64,000 bases of DNA from a virus. The notes beneath the pieces are model-generated. The model ran no database searches. It was not told where the DNA came from and saw nothing but the letters and a program-made list of their open reading frames with translations. Positions 29,840 to 39,291 of the stretch are shown one piece after another. How positions within the stretch are numbered: position 1 is the stretch's first letter; each line of letters opens with the position of its first letter. Location of the stretch: UHGV virus genome UHGV-1372088; one strand, 5' to 3'. Both the position numbers and the translations under genes were made by a program.

Positions 29840-30070
29840 GTTAGTTGCAGCCTGATTAATGTCTGCACATCGTCGCAACGTAACGCATTTTGAGACGTTC
29901 TAATCGTTACTGGTACGTTTGCTTATCGACCCTCTCTCCATGCCACCAGCACCCCAATCCCTTCGTTTAAAACGACACCCAAGCCAAGCTATTGCATTTT
30001 ACAGCGAATCGAAAAGCGGCTAGTATTCCCTAAACAAGAAAACAACATGTTTACTAACGAGGCAGTGTAT

Positions 30071-30736
30071 ATGCAAACTACCGTTATAGTTGTTGGTGGA
30101 ACAAAAGGCGGACCGGGCAAATCAACAATCGCCCAGCAAATAGCCGCCTATCTCATCCTGAAAAAGAAAAAAACCGTGTTCATTCTCGACATCGACCCCC
30201 AGATGACGACCGCTCGCTGGTGCGAAGACCGCTCTGAGAATGAAGATTTGACCATCATCCCATTCGCCGCCAAACAGCACGATATCGATCAGACTATCGC
30301 CAGCTTGCGAGGAAGATATGACTTTGTGGTTATCGATGCAGGGGGCTTTGACTCCGACATTCAGCGACATGCTCTGAGACACTCTGACGTCGTTCTTCTG
30401 CCGCTAAGACCGAAACGTCGCGATCTGCGTTCACTTGGCGATGTGGATACCGTTGTCGCGGCAGCCAGAGCGTCTAATCCAGATCTGAAAGCCTACGTCG
30501 TCATGAATCAGTGTCCGTCATTGCCGTCTCAGGCGAAGCGCATTCTGGTGGCGAAGGATGTATGTGAGACGTTTGGTCTGGAAACCACACCGGTCAATCT
30601 TTACAACCGCAACGTGTACGACGATGCAGAGTGGGCGGGGCGTTCCATCTTTGAAGTGACTGGCTCTGAACGTGATCCGAAAGCGGAAGCGGAAATTCAA
30701 GAAGTCACCAATTTTATTCTTTCTGGAGGTAATTAA
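30071..30736 (+). CDS. parA: ParA/Soj-family partition ATPase
   Basis: Deviant Walker A VVGGTKGGPGKST at N-terminus, ParA-like length; followed by small DNA-binding partner gene. ATG 30071 preferred over 30047 (RBS GAGG). Confidence 0.75.
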   Translation: MQTTVIVVGGTKGGPGKSTIAQQIAAYLILKKKKTVFILDIDPQMTTARWCEDRSENEDLTIIPFAAKQHDIDQTIASLRGRYDFVVIDAGGFDSDIQRHALRHSDVVLLPLRPKRRDLRSLGDVDTVVAAARASNPDLKAYVVMNQCPSLPSQAKRILVAKDVCETFGLETTPVNLYNRNVYDDAEWAGRSIFEVTGSERDPKAEAEIQEVTNFILSGGN

Positions 30737-30738
30737 GC

Positions 30739-31179
30739 ATGGCGGACGATTTGAAGAAGGCTGGTGGGTTTGGTGACTTGACAAGCGGTGCTCGTCAATC
30801 GAAGCGCATCGAAGAAGCCGACAAACCGGCTCGCGTATCAAACAAGACCCAAGGCGCTCCACTGAAAGGTAAGACGGCAATCAGAAGTCGCACCATCAGC
30901 CTGGAAGAAGAGTACGTTGAGTTCATGGAAATTCTGGTTAAGCGCCTTCCTGACCTAAGTCTGTCACGATCAGATATCGTCCGTGTTGCACTGGTCGCTC
31001 TCAGCAAGATGAAAGCCGAGAAGCTGAAGTCTGTCATCGAACAGAACCGTTTGACCACCAGCAATGAAGTCGGTCTTCGCATTACCGAACTGGAACGAGA
31101 GTTCGACAAAGCCGAACGAGAAGAGCTGTTGAAGACTATCACGCCGGAAGAGTTGGAAAGGCTAATTGACCGCAGCTGA
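30739..31179 (+). CDS. ParB-like centromere-binding partner
   Basis: 146 aa, Lys/Arg-rich N-terminus, helical C-terminus; immediately downstream of parA and upstream of repeat region. Confidence 0.45.
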   Translation: MADDLKKAGGFGDLTSGARQSKRIEEADKPARVSNKTQGAPLKGKTAIRSRTISLEEEYVEFMEILVKRLPDLSLSRSDIVRVALVALSKMKAEKLKSVIEQNRLTTSNEVGLRITELEREFDKAEREELLKTITPEELERLIDRS

Positions 31180-31196
31180 TTTTGGAAAGCTGGCCT

Positions 31197-31503
31197 ACCC
31201 CTATATGTTTTAAGATCTTTTAAAAGAAAGTTATTAAATATATACAGAGCTAGGCTTTTTAACGCATTCAAAAGGCTTGAAAAGACAACACCCAGATACC
31301 TTTCAGGTACTGGCTGTTAACGTCAAAACCCAGAGTCAAAACCACGGAGTAAGGCATCTGAAAGATGCCTGGCTCCGTTCAGTTAAAGACGGTTCTGGGG
31401 TACTTGTTTTAAGTCAAAGCCCAGCCTTTTCTTCCTTCAAAAAGACCTAGCTCTGTATATCTTTTAATACTTTCTTTTAAAGTCTTTAAAAACATATAGG
31501 GGT
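31197..31503. repeat. about 55-bp imperfect inverted repeats flanking a 190-bp core with GTCAAAACC iterons and a GGCATCTGAAAGATGCC hairpin (candidate parS and/or ori)
   Basis: Left arm CCCCTATATGTTTTAAGATCTTTTAAAAGAAAG...CAGAGCTAGG and its reverse complement at 31447-31503; direct repeats AGTCAAAACC x2 plus a variant; non-coding. Confidence 0.6.
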
Positions 31504-31634
31504 ATTCGACGTTCACCCCAGACCTCAAAAAGAAGCCGCCAAAGAACCTACATTTCCCACTTTTAAAAATCACGCAGCCACATTACACTTGGCACAATTG
31601 TAAGTATGTAAGTGTATACATAGGCATCATAAAA

Positions 31635-32357
31635 ATGATAAAGCTGCACATGGCGCTGGATTTCGAAAAGTACGACATTCTGGAGACGATGGATACCGCG
31701 ACAATGGACTTGTGGGTATCCCAGCACGTCGGTCTTTCCCGATGCAAGGCTGAATCGTCGCTGTACACCAGTAAGTGGTTCGACTACCGCACCATGCACC
31801 CTCTTGTGGCCACCTGTCTTTTTACCGAAGTGTATAAGCTCAAACACTCCCAGATTACCCGTACCCACGGAAGAGAGGATCTGGTGAAAGCCTACTTTAC
31901 CACAGGTTTGAAGAGAGTTTCATACCTTGACATGTCGAAGGCGAACATCACGTCTCTTTGGAAAGCGAGACAGGTGGCGGACAGGTACTGCGTCCCATAC
32001 GACTACTTTGTCGAGACCATCCTCAGCATCGCAGCATCGAGACTATGGGATAAGCTGCCGCGACCGCAGCATATGTGGCAGGAAGATCTCATTGAGATTT
32101 TTGAAGAGAAGATGAAGACGCGCATGAAGACCACCTTCGACGATTCCGATTTCAGCTTCCAGAACGCATCCCAGATTGTCAACCGTGAAATTCAGATGGC
32201 TTATTGCCAGTGGATCATCAACCGCGTGAAGGATATGCCGTCCAGCAAGCGTGTTTACGCTATCGCTAATGTCGCCGTCCTGAATCGCCTCGTGCCGATG
32301 TCCGTCATGCAGAAGTGCTTTCCGGCCGAGTCGGAGAGAGCTCAGGTCTTCTGTTGA
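31635..32357 (+). CDS. hypothetical protein (possible replication initiator by position)
   Basis: 240-aa ORF between repeat region and helicase gene, preceded by promoter-like motif; no recognisable motifs. Confidence 0.45.
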   Translation: MIKLHMALDFEKYDILETMDTATMDLWVSQHVGLSRCKAESSLYTSKWFDYRTMHPLVATCLFTEVYKLKHSQITRTHGREDLVKAYFTTGLKRVSYLDMSKANITSLWKARQVADRYCVPYDYFVETILSIAASRLWDKLPRPQHMWQEDLIEIFEEKMKTRMKTTFDDSDFSFQNASQIVNREIQMAYCQWIINRVKDMPSSKRVYAIANVAVLNRLVPMSVMQKCFPAESERAQVFC

Positions 32358-32422
32358 TGCCCTTGTGTAGTTTGAAATAATTAACCCATGAAACAAGTTG
32401 TTTAGGAAATAAGAGAAAGGAC

Positions 32423-33772
32423 ATGTCAGAAGATACCAGCGTATTGCACACCGGTAAGCCACTGTCTGAAGAGTTTAACGACGACTTTCAGAACCGCCTG
32501 GCCGCCTATTTTTGTCGCGACTTCCAGTTCACCAGCCGCGCCGGTGATTTGGTTGAGCCCGATCAGTTTTCAAGTGCAGCCAACGGCTTTCTGGTAGACC
32601 TGGTCGGTTCGTACTTCAAGATGTACCGCAGCATTCCTTCGACGAAGGTGCTGGTCGAGCTTGTTCTTCAGGCCAACAAAAAGGGTCGCATCCGCGCCGA
32701 GCTCATGCCAGATATTAAGGCGGCGATTGCCCGCTGCATCAAAGAGCCGCTGACGGACACGAATTACATGGTCGATAAGGTGGCCACGTTCGCTCGTTCC
32801 TGTGCTTTCGATGACGCGCTGATCAAAGCCGCCACGCTGAAGGAGAAGGGCGAGTTCGAGAAAGCGATGGTCGTCATGAACAAGGTCAACATGGTTGGCG
32901 CTTCAGGCGCAGACGATGTTTACGATTATCTGGCCCGTGAAGAGGAACGTCTGGCCGCGCGTGACTTTGAAGCGTCGGATGATTACGTGCCAAACTCCAT
33001 CCCGACCGGCGTCCGCATTCTGGATAAGACGCTTTATCAGAAGGGCTGGGGCCGCCGTGAGATGGTTCTGATTATGGGCTTCGCTAAAGCAGGTAAGTCG
33101 ACTGCGATGGGCGAGTTCGCAGTAAACGCAATTCTGGCGGGTTATAACGCGCTCTACGTCTCTCTGGAAGTGCACACATCCATTTTGTCAGACAGGTTCG
33201 ATGCGCGTCTCTCTGAGCTTCCTATGGAGAAATTGACGGAACGACGCGATGAGGTGCATCGGAAGCTACGCGATATCGGCGCGGATGGGAAACTCGGTTC
33301 GCTATGGATTGTCGAGCGTCCGTCTGGTTCCTTCTCTCCGGCAGACCTGGACCGTCTTATCGATAGCATGGGAGCATCCGGGAAGAAGGTCGATATGGTT
33401 GTTGTCGACTATGCCGATCTGATGAGAGCGACGAACCCATCCAAAGACGACCGCGTTGATGTGAAGAACATTTACACCGATCTTCGTGCCGTGTTCGATA
33501 AACATAACGTTGCAGGTATGACTGCTTCGCAGACAAACCGTGACGGTGGAAGTGCAGAAACAGCGACCATGATGCACGCCGCAGACAACATCGAGAAGGT
33601 CCGTATCGCCGACCTGATTATCTCAATCAACAAAACGGAAGAGGAAGCGGAGAAAGGCGAAGCGCGTTTGTTCTTTGCGGGCTCTCGTAACCAGAAAGGC
33701 GGGTTTGCTCTGCGTGTCCAGCAAGATCTGGAGCAAATGCGATTCATTAAGAGCGTGTTAGGCGTCATCTAA
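32423..33772 (+). CDS. DnaB-like replicative DNA helicase
   Basis: 449 aa; C-terminal RecA-fold with Walker A GFAKAGKST and DnaB-like motifs. Confidence 0.7.
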   Translation: MSEDTSVLHTGKPLSEEFNDDFQNRLAAYFCRDFQFTSRAGDLVEPDQFSSAANGFLVDLVGSYFKMYRSIPSTKVLVELVLQANKKGRIRAELMPDIKAAIARCIKEPLTDTNYMVDKVATFARSCAFDDALIKAATLKEKGEFEKAMVVMNKVNMVGASGADDVYDYLAREEERLAARDFEASDDYVPNSIPTGVRILDKTLYQKGWGRREMVLIMGFAKAGKSTAMGEFAVNAILAGYNALYVSLEVHTSILSDRFDARLSELPMEKLTERRDEVHRKLRDIGADGKLGSLWIVERPSGSFSPADLDRLIDSMGASGKKVDMVVVDYADLMRATNPSKDDRVDVKNIYTDLRAVFDKHNVAGMTASQTNRDGGSAETATMMHAADNIEKVRIADLIISINKTEEEAEKGEARLFFAGSRNQKGGFALRVQQDLEQMRFIKSVLGVI

Positions 33773-33808
33773 AAAAAAGGTGCGGGCTGAGGCTACGCAC
33801 CTTATTTC
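33771..33808. terminator. bidirectional-type terminator (A8-hairpin-T-rich)
   Basis: AAAAAAAAGGTGCGGGCTGAGGCTACGCACCTTATTTC. Confidence 0.55.
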
Positions 33809-33903
33809 AGTATCGAAATCAAACTTAACCGGTTTTTTGGAACCGAGAAAATACACATGAGATTAAATCTTACCAAAAGCGCCATTTCTGGCAAGAGGTA
33901 GAT

Positions 33904-35022
33904 ATGTCAGAGCTTCAGGAATTATCGGAAGAGCTGGACTTCGAGCAGTGGCTTGACTCCGAGGGCGTAACGTATCGTCGCGGTTCTGTTTCGTCTCGCG
34001 GTCGAGAGCTGAATATCAAAGAGTGTCCGCACTGCGGCAGCGCCGGCTGGAAACTTTATTTCAACGTAACGACCGGCCTGGGTAAGTGCTTCGCGGGCGA
34101 TCACCCGGAAGACGTTCAGTTTAACAAGCTGACATTCATGAAAAGCCATTTAGGTTGCAACTGGACGCAGCTTAAACAGACGATCAAAGACGAGCTCCGT
34201 CAGCAGGGCTGGAAGCCAAAGACAACCGAAGAAGAGACGCTGGAAAGCAAGCGGGAGCTGGTCAGCGATCTGACGTTGCCATTTCACTACATGCTTCCCA
34301 TCGAGGGCCAGCTGCCAACGTATCTGGTGGGGCGAAACGTGGGCGTCGACCTGACCACGTATTTCGATTTGCGCTACTGCGTGAACGGCCAGCACGTCTA
34401 TCTCGACTATGTGACGAAGAAGCCGAAGATGCAGTGTTTCGATATGCGCATCCTGATCCCCGTCTACAGTCTCGATGGTGAGATGAAGACGTTCCAGGGG
34501 CGTGACGTCACCGGCGTAGCGGAGAAGCGCTATCTCTTCCCCAACGGACTGCCGGCGTCGGGGAAATTTCTCTACAACGGCCACAATGCGATTGGCAAAA
34601 AGACGGTCGTCGTTTGTGAAGGTGTTTTCGATGTCATAGGGGCCAAGCGAGCGCTGGCGACGGAAATATCCATCAGAGAGCTTGTGGAGCCAGTGGGGAC
34701 GTTCGGTATGCACTTGAGTGGAAACGTCCGTGGTGAGGATGAAGACCAGCTGGGGGCGTTTCTGGAGCTCAAAAAGCAGGGGCTGGAAACCGTCGTCATG
34801 ATGTGGGATAGCGAGAAGCAAGCGATACACAACACGTTTGGCGCGGCCAGACGTCTTATTTCGATTGGGTTGAAAGTCAGGATCGCCTGTTTGGGCGAGG
34901 AAGGACTCGACCCAGGCTCAGCAACTAACGAGCAAATCATCCGGGCCTTCTATCGTGCCAAGCAGTACACCAAGGCACTGGAAATGATGGCAATGTTAAA
35001 AGGAATCGAGGCGTTAAAATGA
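33904..35022 (+). CDS. DNA primase (zinc-binding + TOPRIM)
   Basis: CPHCGS...C...H zinc motif near N-terminus; TOPRIM-like VVVCEGVFDV and DxD region; preceded by a 14-codon leader ORF sharing the GAGAAAATACACATG start context. Confidence 0.65.
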   Translation: MSELQELSEELDFEQWLDSEGVTYRRGSVSSRGRELNIKECPHCGSAGWKLYFNVTTGLGKCFAGDHPEDVQFNKLTFMKSHLGCNWTQLKQTIKDELRQQGWKPKTTEEETLESKRELVSDLTLPFHYMLPIEGQLPTYLVGRNVGVDLTTYFDLRYCVNGQHVYLDYVTKKPKMQCFDMRILIPVYSLDGEMKTFQGRDVTGVAEKRYLFPNGLPASGKFLYNGHNAIGKKTVVVCEGVFDVIGAKRALATEISIRELVEPVGTFGMHLSGNVRGEDEDQLGAFLELKKQGLETVVMMWDSEKQAIHNTFGAARRLISIGLKVRIACLGEEGLDPGSATNEQIIRAFYRAKQYTKALEMMAMLKGIEALK

Positions 35023-35834
35023 AAGAGATCAGAGCGTTTGTCGAAAGAGAGGCGAAGTTCGTATTCGCGCACTTGCTTGAAAATAAGGGGATCACCGCGA
35101 AAAGACGACAGACCATCGAAGAGCGAAGCATTGATTACGCGGTCAACTTGCTACCTCGCAAAGAAATTTTTGATGACGTGATAATGATGACGCAACCCGG
35201 ATGCATCGCAGCAGTGAGCATGGCGCGGTTTGGGCCTCACTACCTTGTTGCGCTCTCCGACGACTTCCCTATGACGGCCGAGGCGTCCAAATGTTCATTC
35301 CTGATTGTGTTGATGGAAAGACGAAACAGAGGTCAGTATTTGCCAAAATCAAATACGTCGCTGGTCTTTACTCGTGACGAGTATTCCGACACCGCCTCCA
35401 TGTTTAACGAGTCGATTGATCATTTCAGACCGATCGATGAAAAATTGAGAGGCTTAACTGTAGACAGTGAGATGCCTAGCGTCATCATCGAAAGACCCAA
35501 AGATTTACTGTCTCGTATTGGGACGGAGGATAAGGGGGCGATCGCGGCGAGCATCAATCAGCACATTCACACCGCACTGGATAACGCCTTCTCTGACTTT
35601 GAGCCGGACGCAATGAATATCATCTCTTCAGCCAGTCGATTTGTTGGTGGCATGTTGGGCGAGTATGGCCGGGAGTTCGTTCGCAAGGCAACACATATAG
35701 AAACTCTTCTCGTGCAGACGCGATCCAATCTCGCTGGCCGCGTCGAAGAGCTTATTGCCTCAACCGCATTAGATGAATCAAGGCTGTCGTCCGACAAGCC
35801 ACAAGGCTTTAGCCACCTCTGGGGCATGTTCTAA
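35019..35834 (+). CDS. hypothetical protein
   Basis: 271-aa ORF, start overlaps primase stop (ATGA). Confidence 0.45.
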   Translation: MKEIRAFVEREAKFVFAHLLENKGITAKRRQTIEERSIDYAVNLLPRKEIFDDVIMMTQPGCIAAVSMARFGPHYLVALSDDFPMTAEASKCSFLIVLMERRNRGQYLPKSNTSLVFTRDEYSDTASMFNESIDHFRPIDEKLRGLTVDSEMPSVIIERPKDLLSRIGTEDKGAIAASINQHIHTALDNAFSDFEPDAMNIISSASRFVGGMLGEYGREFVRKATHIETLLVQTRSNLAGRVEELIASTALDESRLSSDKPQGFSHLWGMF

Positions 35835-35913
35835 CCTCAACAATTCACTGCCATGCCGTTGCACTTCGTTTATGATATATGTATAAGTAAGTGCATACAT
35901 AGGTGCAACGAGC

Positions 35914-36357
35914 ATGAGCAAGATAAATATCAGCAAACTTCCTTCAATTTCCAACAACAGCTATTACCTGAAGTGCTCTGCGCCGTCTGCGAACGGCAAA
36001 GATATGGGGTGTAGCTACACGGTATGTCAACACACTGTCATTACGTTTCAGGCCGGAAAACTTAAGGGATTTGATGGTTGTCGCAAGGCGATCGCTGAGC
36101 GCAAATGCAAAGCCGTTGGAATGATGGTCGAGGAAATTAAGTCGGGGGTTCCGATTTACTTCGTCGATAGCGCTGAAGAAATCCGTCTCGTTGAAGAGGA
36201 ACGAGCCAGGTCAAGCATCTTCGCCGCGCGGAAAAAATCGTCTCCGACGTTCGCATCTCGTATCGCCAAAACCGAATCAGTGCCGGCCGCTAAGCCAGCG
36301 GCTCCAATCGTAGATATTTACGCGGAGCTCGTCGCGGCCGAATTGTCCAGTAAATAA
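35914..36357 (+). CDS. hypothetical protein
   Basis: 147-aa ORF after promoter-like TAAGTGCATACATAGG motif. Confidence 0.45.
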   Translation: MSKINISKLPSISNNSYYLKCSAPSANGKDMGCSYTVCQHTVITFQAGKLKGFDGCRKAIAERKCKAVGMMVEEIKSGVPIYFVDSAEEIRLVEEERARSSIFAARKKSSPTFASRIAKTESVPAAKPAAPIVDIYAELVAAELSSK

Positions 36358-36385
36358 GCTGTTTACATAATAAGAGAGAGTACAC

Positions 36386-36877
36386 ATGAAACTGTCATAT
36401 ACGCCAGTTGTAGGCGAGCTATGCCAAATATCCGCGCAGTATCTTGGTGCCGGGTGGTTTGACTGCCAGGTGCTGGCGATGTCGGAGTTCGGTATTTGTG
36501 TGAATGTTACGAAGGAAGACGGGAAGAACTTCTTCTGGATTGACTCGACCGACGAGAGCGTGGCGGCCGACTTCCGTCGCAGCCTGTCTTTCCATCTCCA
36601 CTGGGCCAACAAAGAGACTAACGACCGTGTCGAGATGATATGTGTCGCCGACGACGCAACGACGCCTGAGAGCCGCACAAACAAGATTGTCGCATATATC
36701 GATCGTACTTCCGGCGTTGTGTCTTGCCTCCAGTCTAATGACTTCCTCGACAGATTCGAACGTGTGGAGGGTTTAGACGACTTCCCATCCGCTCCGCAGC
36801 CTCAAGACGGTTGCGACATTCTGGAATCTCAAGACGACCCGATCATCACATCAGCCACACTGGAGGCCACTGCCTAA
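36386..36877 (+). CDS. hypothetical protein
   Basis: 163-aa ORF; start context GAGAGAGTACACATG. Confidence 0.45.
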   Translation: MKLSYTPVVGELCQISAQYLGAGWFDCQVLAMSEFGICVNVTKEDGKNFFWIDSTDESVAADFRRSLSFHLHWANKETNDRVEMICVADDATTPESRTNKIVAYIDRTSGVVSCLQSNDFLDRFERVEGLDDFPSAPQPQDGCDILESQDDPIITSATLEATA

Positions 36878-38205
36878 TGGAAAAGCTGATCGCATTACGT
36901 GACAAACTGGACGCCATTAAAGCGATGGGGACCAATGCCAAAAAAGTCGCCCTGGCTGAGCTGAACGAGTTTGAGCAAAGCATGGTGTCAATGATGCTCA
37001 ACCCGTTCATCCGATTCGGGGTGAAGAAATACAGCGTCGCGGAGCCAGCGCTGGAGAATAAAATCCCTGATGAAGACGCTATCGATATTCTCAACTCCCT
37101 GGCCAGCCGTAAGCTCACTGGTAACAGCGCTATTGCGATGGTGGAGCAAGCTATTTCAGACATGACAGAGGAAGGGCAAGACGTGTTCCGCCGCTTCCTG
37201 ATTAAAGATCCGAAGGCCGGCATCGGCATTAGCCTGTGCAATAAAATCTTCGACAACCCGATTCCGGTGTTCGAGGTTCAGCTGGCCACGTCGTACAAAG
37301 AAAAAGGCGACAAGTATCCGTTTAAGGAAAACCCGAAAGCCAAATTCCCGATGATTGCCAGCCTCAAGCTGGACGGGATGCGCGTCATTGCCGAAGTCAT
37401 CGTTGACGAGGAAGAGGTTAACTTCCTGTCCCGCACCGGCAACCCGGTAACGTCTCTCGACCATCTGAAGCCAGCAGTATTAGATTTGGCGCGTATGACG
37501 CCGCATAAGCACATCTTCTTTGATGGTGAAGCGACGGCCGGTTCGTTCAACGATTCCATCTCAGCGCTGCGTAAAAAAGGCGTATCAGCTATTGGAGCGG
37601 TGTTCCACGTCTTCGATTACTTCTTGCCTGAATGGAAAGCCATTGCCAAAACGAAGGAGTACAAAAAGACCGGCCGCGTCCTGAAAGATCGCCATATCGA
37701 TTTGTGCAGCTGGACTAACTGGAAACGTCGACCGGACAACCAATACAAAGGCGACGTGCGACTACATCCCTTCCAGCTGGTGCATAGCCATAAAGAGTTT
37801 ATCGATCTGTTTATGGCGGCGCTGGACGCCAACGAAGAGGGGTACATGGCGAAAGACCCGTTCTCCGTTTATGAATTTAAGCGCACCAAAAGCTGGTGGA
37901 AGATGAAGGATGAGATTGAGGCCGATGGTGAAATTGTCGGGTTCAAGCCAGGTAAAGAGGATTCGGCATTCGCCCACACTCTCGGCTCGGTAACTATTCG
38001 CCTGGAGAACGGCGTGGAAGTTGAAGCATCCGGCATCAAGCATATGTACCTGGATGAGATCTGGAACAATCAGGAAAAGTATATGGGGCGTATCGTGAAG
38101 GTTAATGCCCACGAAGAGACGCCAGACGGCAGTTTACGCCATCCGCGCCTTAAATGGCCATCCTGTCTGCGCGACACCGAAGATCGTATTGGTGACAAAG
38201 AATGA
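36877..38205 (+). CDS. ATP-dependent DNA ligase
   Basis: Motif I KLDGMR (adenylation lysine), downstream EEGYMAKDP motif; about 440 aa; start ATG overlaps upstream stop (TAATG). Confidence 0.8.
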   Translation: MEKLIALRDKLDAIKAMGTNAKKVALAELNEFEQSMVSMMLNPFIRFGVKKYSVAEPALENKIPDEDAIDILNSLASRKLTGNSAIAMVEQAISDMTEEGQDVFRRFLIKDPKAGIGISLCNKIFDNPIPVFEVQLATSYKEKGDKYPFKENPKAKFPMIASLKLDGMRVIAEVIVDEEEVNFLSRTGNPVTSLDHLKPAVLDLARMTPHKHIFFDGEATAGSFNDSISALRKKGVSAIGAVFHVFDYFLPEWKAIAKTKEYKKTGRVLKDRHIDLCSWTNWKRRPDNQYKGDVRLHPFQLVHSHKEFIDLFMAALDANEEGYMAKDPFSVYEFKRTKSWWKMKDEIEADGEIVGFKPGKEDSAFAHTLGSVTIRLENGVEVEASGIKHMYLDEIWNNQEKYMGRIVKVNAHEETPDGSLRHPRLKWPSCLRDTEDRIGDKE

Positions 38206-38380
38206 TGGACGGTTTGGCTGGAGTTGGCTTGTTGGCCTTTCTTCTGGGTTTCTTTCTGGGCAGCATGATGCTCATATCGATAAAGAAAGACAACGTTGAG
38301 GCCGGGTTCATGGGGTTCAGGGGCCGGATTTATCGGATCGTGGATGTGACACATGTTGTAAAAGCCCAGAGCGGGGAGTA

Positions 38381-38593
38381 GTGATTCAGCTAACGAAGCG
38401 GGAGCTGGCCACACTGTTCGAAATTGATAAGTGTGGTTACTTCCTGGAAAACTGGCGACCAAAGACAAGGGCGCGTTTAGAGCGCGTCCGTTTGGTTGAT
38501 ATGAAGGAGTCGAACGGAGAGATACGCTACAAGCTGTCCGACGTCGGCAGAGAACTGATTTTGGCTTTAATGGAATCAAAAGGGAGTGTTTGA
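38381..38593 (+). CDS. small hypothetical protein
   Basis: 70-aa ORF. Confidence 0.3.
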   Translation: MIQLTKRELATLFEIDKCGYFLENWRPKTRARLERVRLVDMKESNGEIRYKLSDVGRELILALMESKGSV

Positions 38594-38831
38594 AATGATG
38601 GATATTGTTTTGTATGCGGCGGTAGTCGTCAGCTTGTTTTACACGTCGGCCAGTCTCGTTGGGTGGCTGTTCAATCTGTTCTCTGCAAAGTGCCTGGCAG
38701 ATAAGAAAACCGTTCAGAATGGTGCATCCAAGCTTATTAGCCTGGTGATTCTGCGCTGGGGCGAGCTCAGGAAAGAGACCGCTTATGAGATCGTCACAGG
38801 CGGCTATGTCGTGACAATCAAAAAAAAATAG
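38586..38831 (+). CDS. small hypothetical membrane protein
   Basis: 81 aa with N-terminal hydrophobic helix. Confidence 0.3.
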   Translation: MFEMMDIVLYAAVVVSLFYTSASLVGWLFNLFSAKCLADKKTVQNGASKLISLVILRWGELRKETAYEIVTGGYVVTIKKK

Positions 38832-39263
38832 CGGTTTAGATATATAAGTGTTTACATACATGCTCGTAATGTATAAGATTGTTTTGTTTTCGGAGTGATG
38901 CGATTTTTGCGGAGTTTTAGAAACTGACCACAAAGATAAATGCAAACGATGATGTAGTTCTGATGGCGGCTTAATAGCCTATAAGTCAGTGAGGTCTTCC
39001 GATTCCTCATTAACAAATTCGGCGCACTGATCCGGTGTGATTAATAATGGATAGCGGAGACTTGCTGGTGAATAGGCGATACTGACCCACGTACCCTTAA
39101 CCACGCGATAGAGTCAGACGGCGAGTCTCTGCGAACATGGGTGATGGCCTTTTAGTTTGTCGATTAGCTGTGCATAGCGTCGGCGAGCGAAGTCTGGTGA
39201 CTTAAAGGTTTATTCCGATGCCTGATGTGTGAAATGCAAATAGCATATTTGAGGCTGAGGATT

Positions 39264-39291
39264 GCGGGTTCGATTCCCGCGTCACTCTCCC
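39264..39291 (+). other. isolated tRNA T-arm-like element (GCGGGTTCGATTCCCGC + acceptor-like tail), no matching 5' acceptor found
   Basis: Perfect GGTTCGATTCC T-loop consensus; followed by 15-bp inverted repeat CAGCTGTTTGGGTGG / CCGCCCAAACAGCTG at 39297-39375. Confidence 0.3.

Noticed and set aside
38070-38945. 291-aa minus-strand ORF overlapping the ligase 3' end and two small + strand genes
   Set aside because: Overlaps the ligase catalytic C-terminus on the opposite strand and crosses a promoter-like motif and intergenic region; low-complexity composition; judged spurious
39139-39288. Full-length tRNA ending at the GGTTCGATTCC T-arm (39264-39288)
   Set aside because: The only upstream sequence able to pair with the 3' acceptor strand (GGGTGAT at 39139) would imply a 150-nt tRNA; no D-arm in register; kept only as an isolated T-arm-like element
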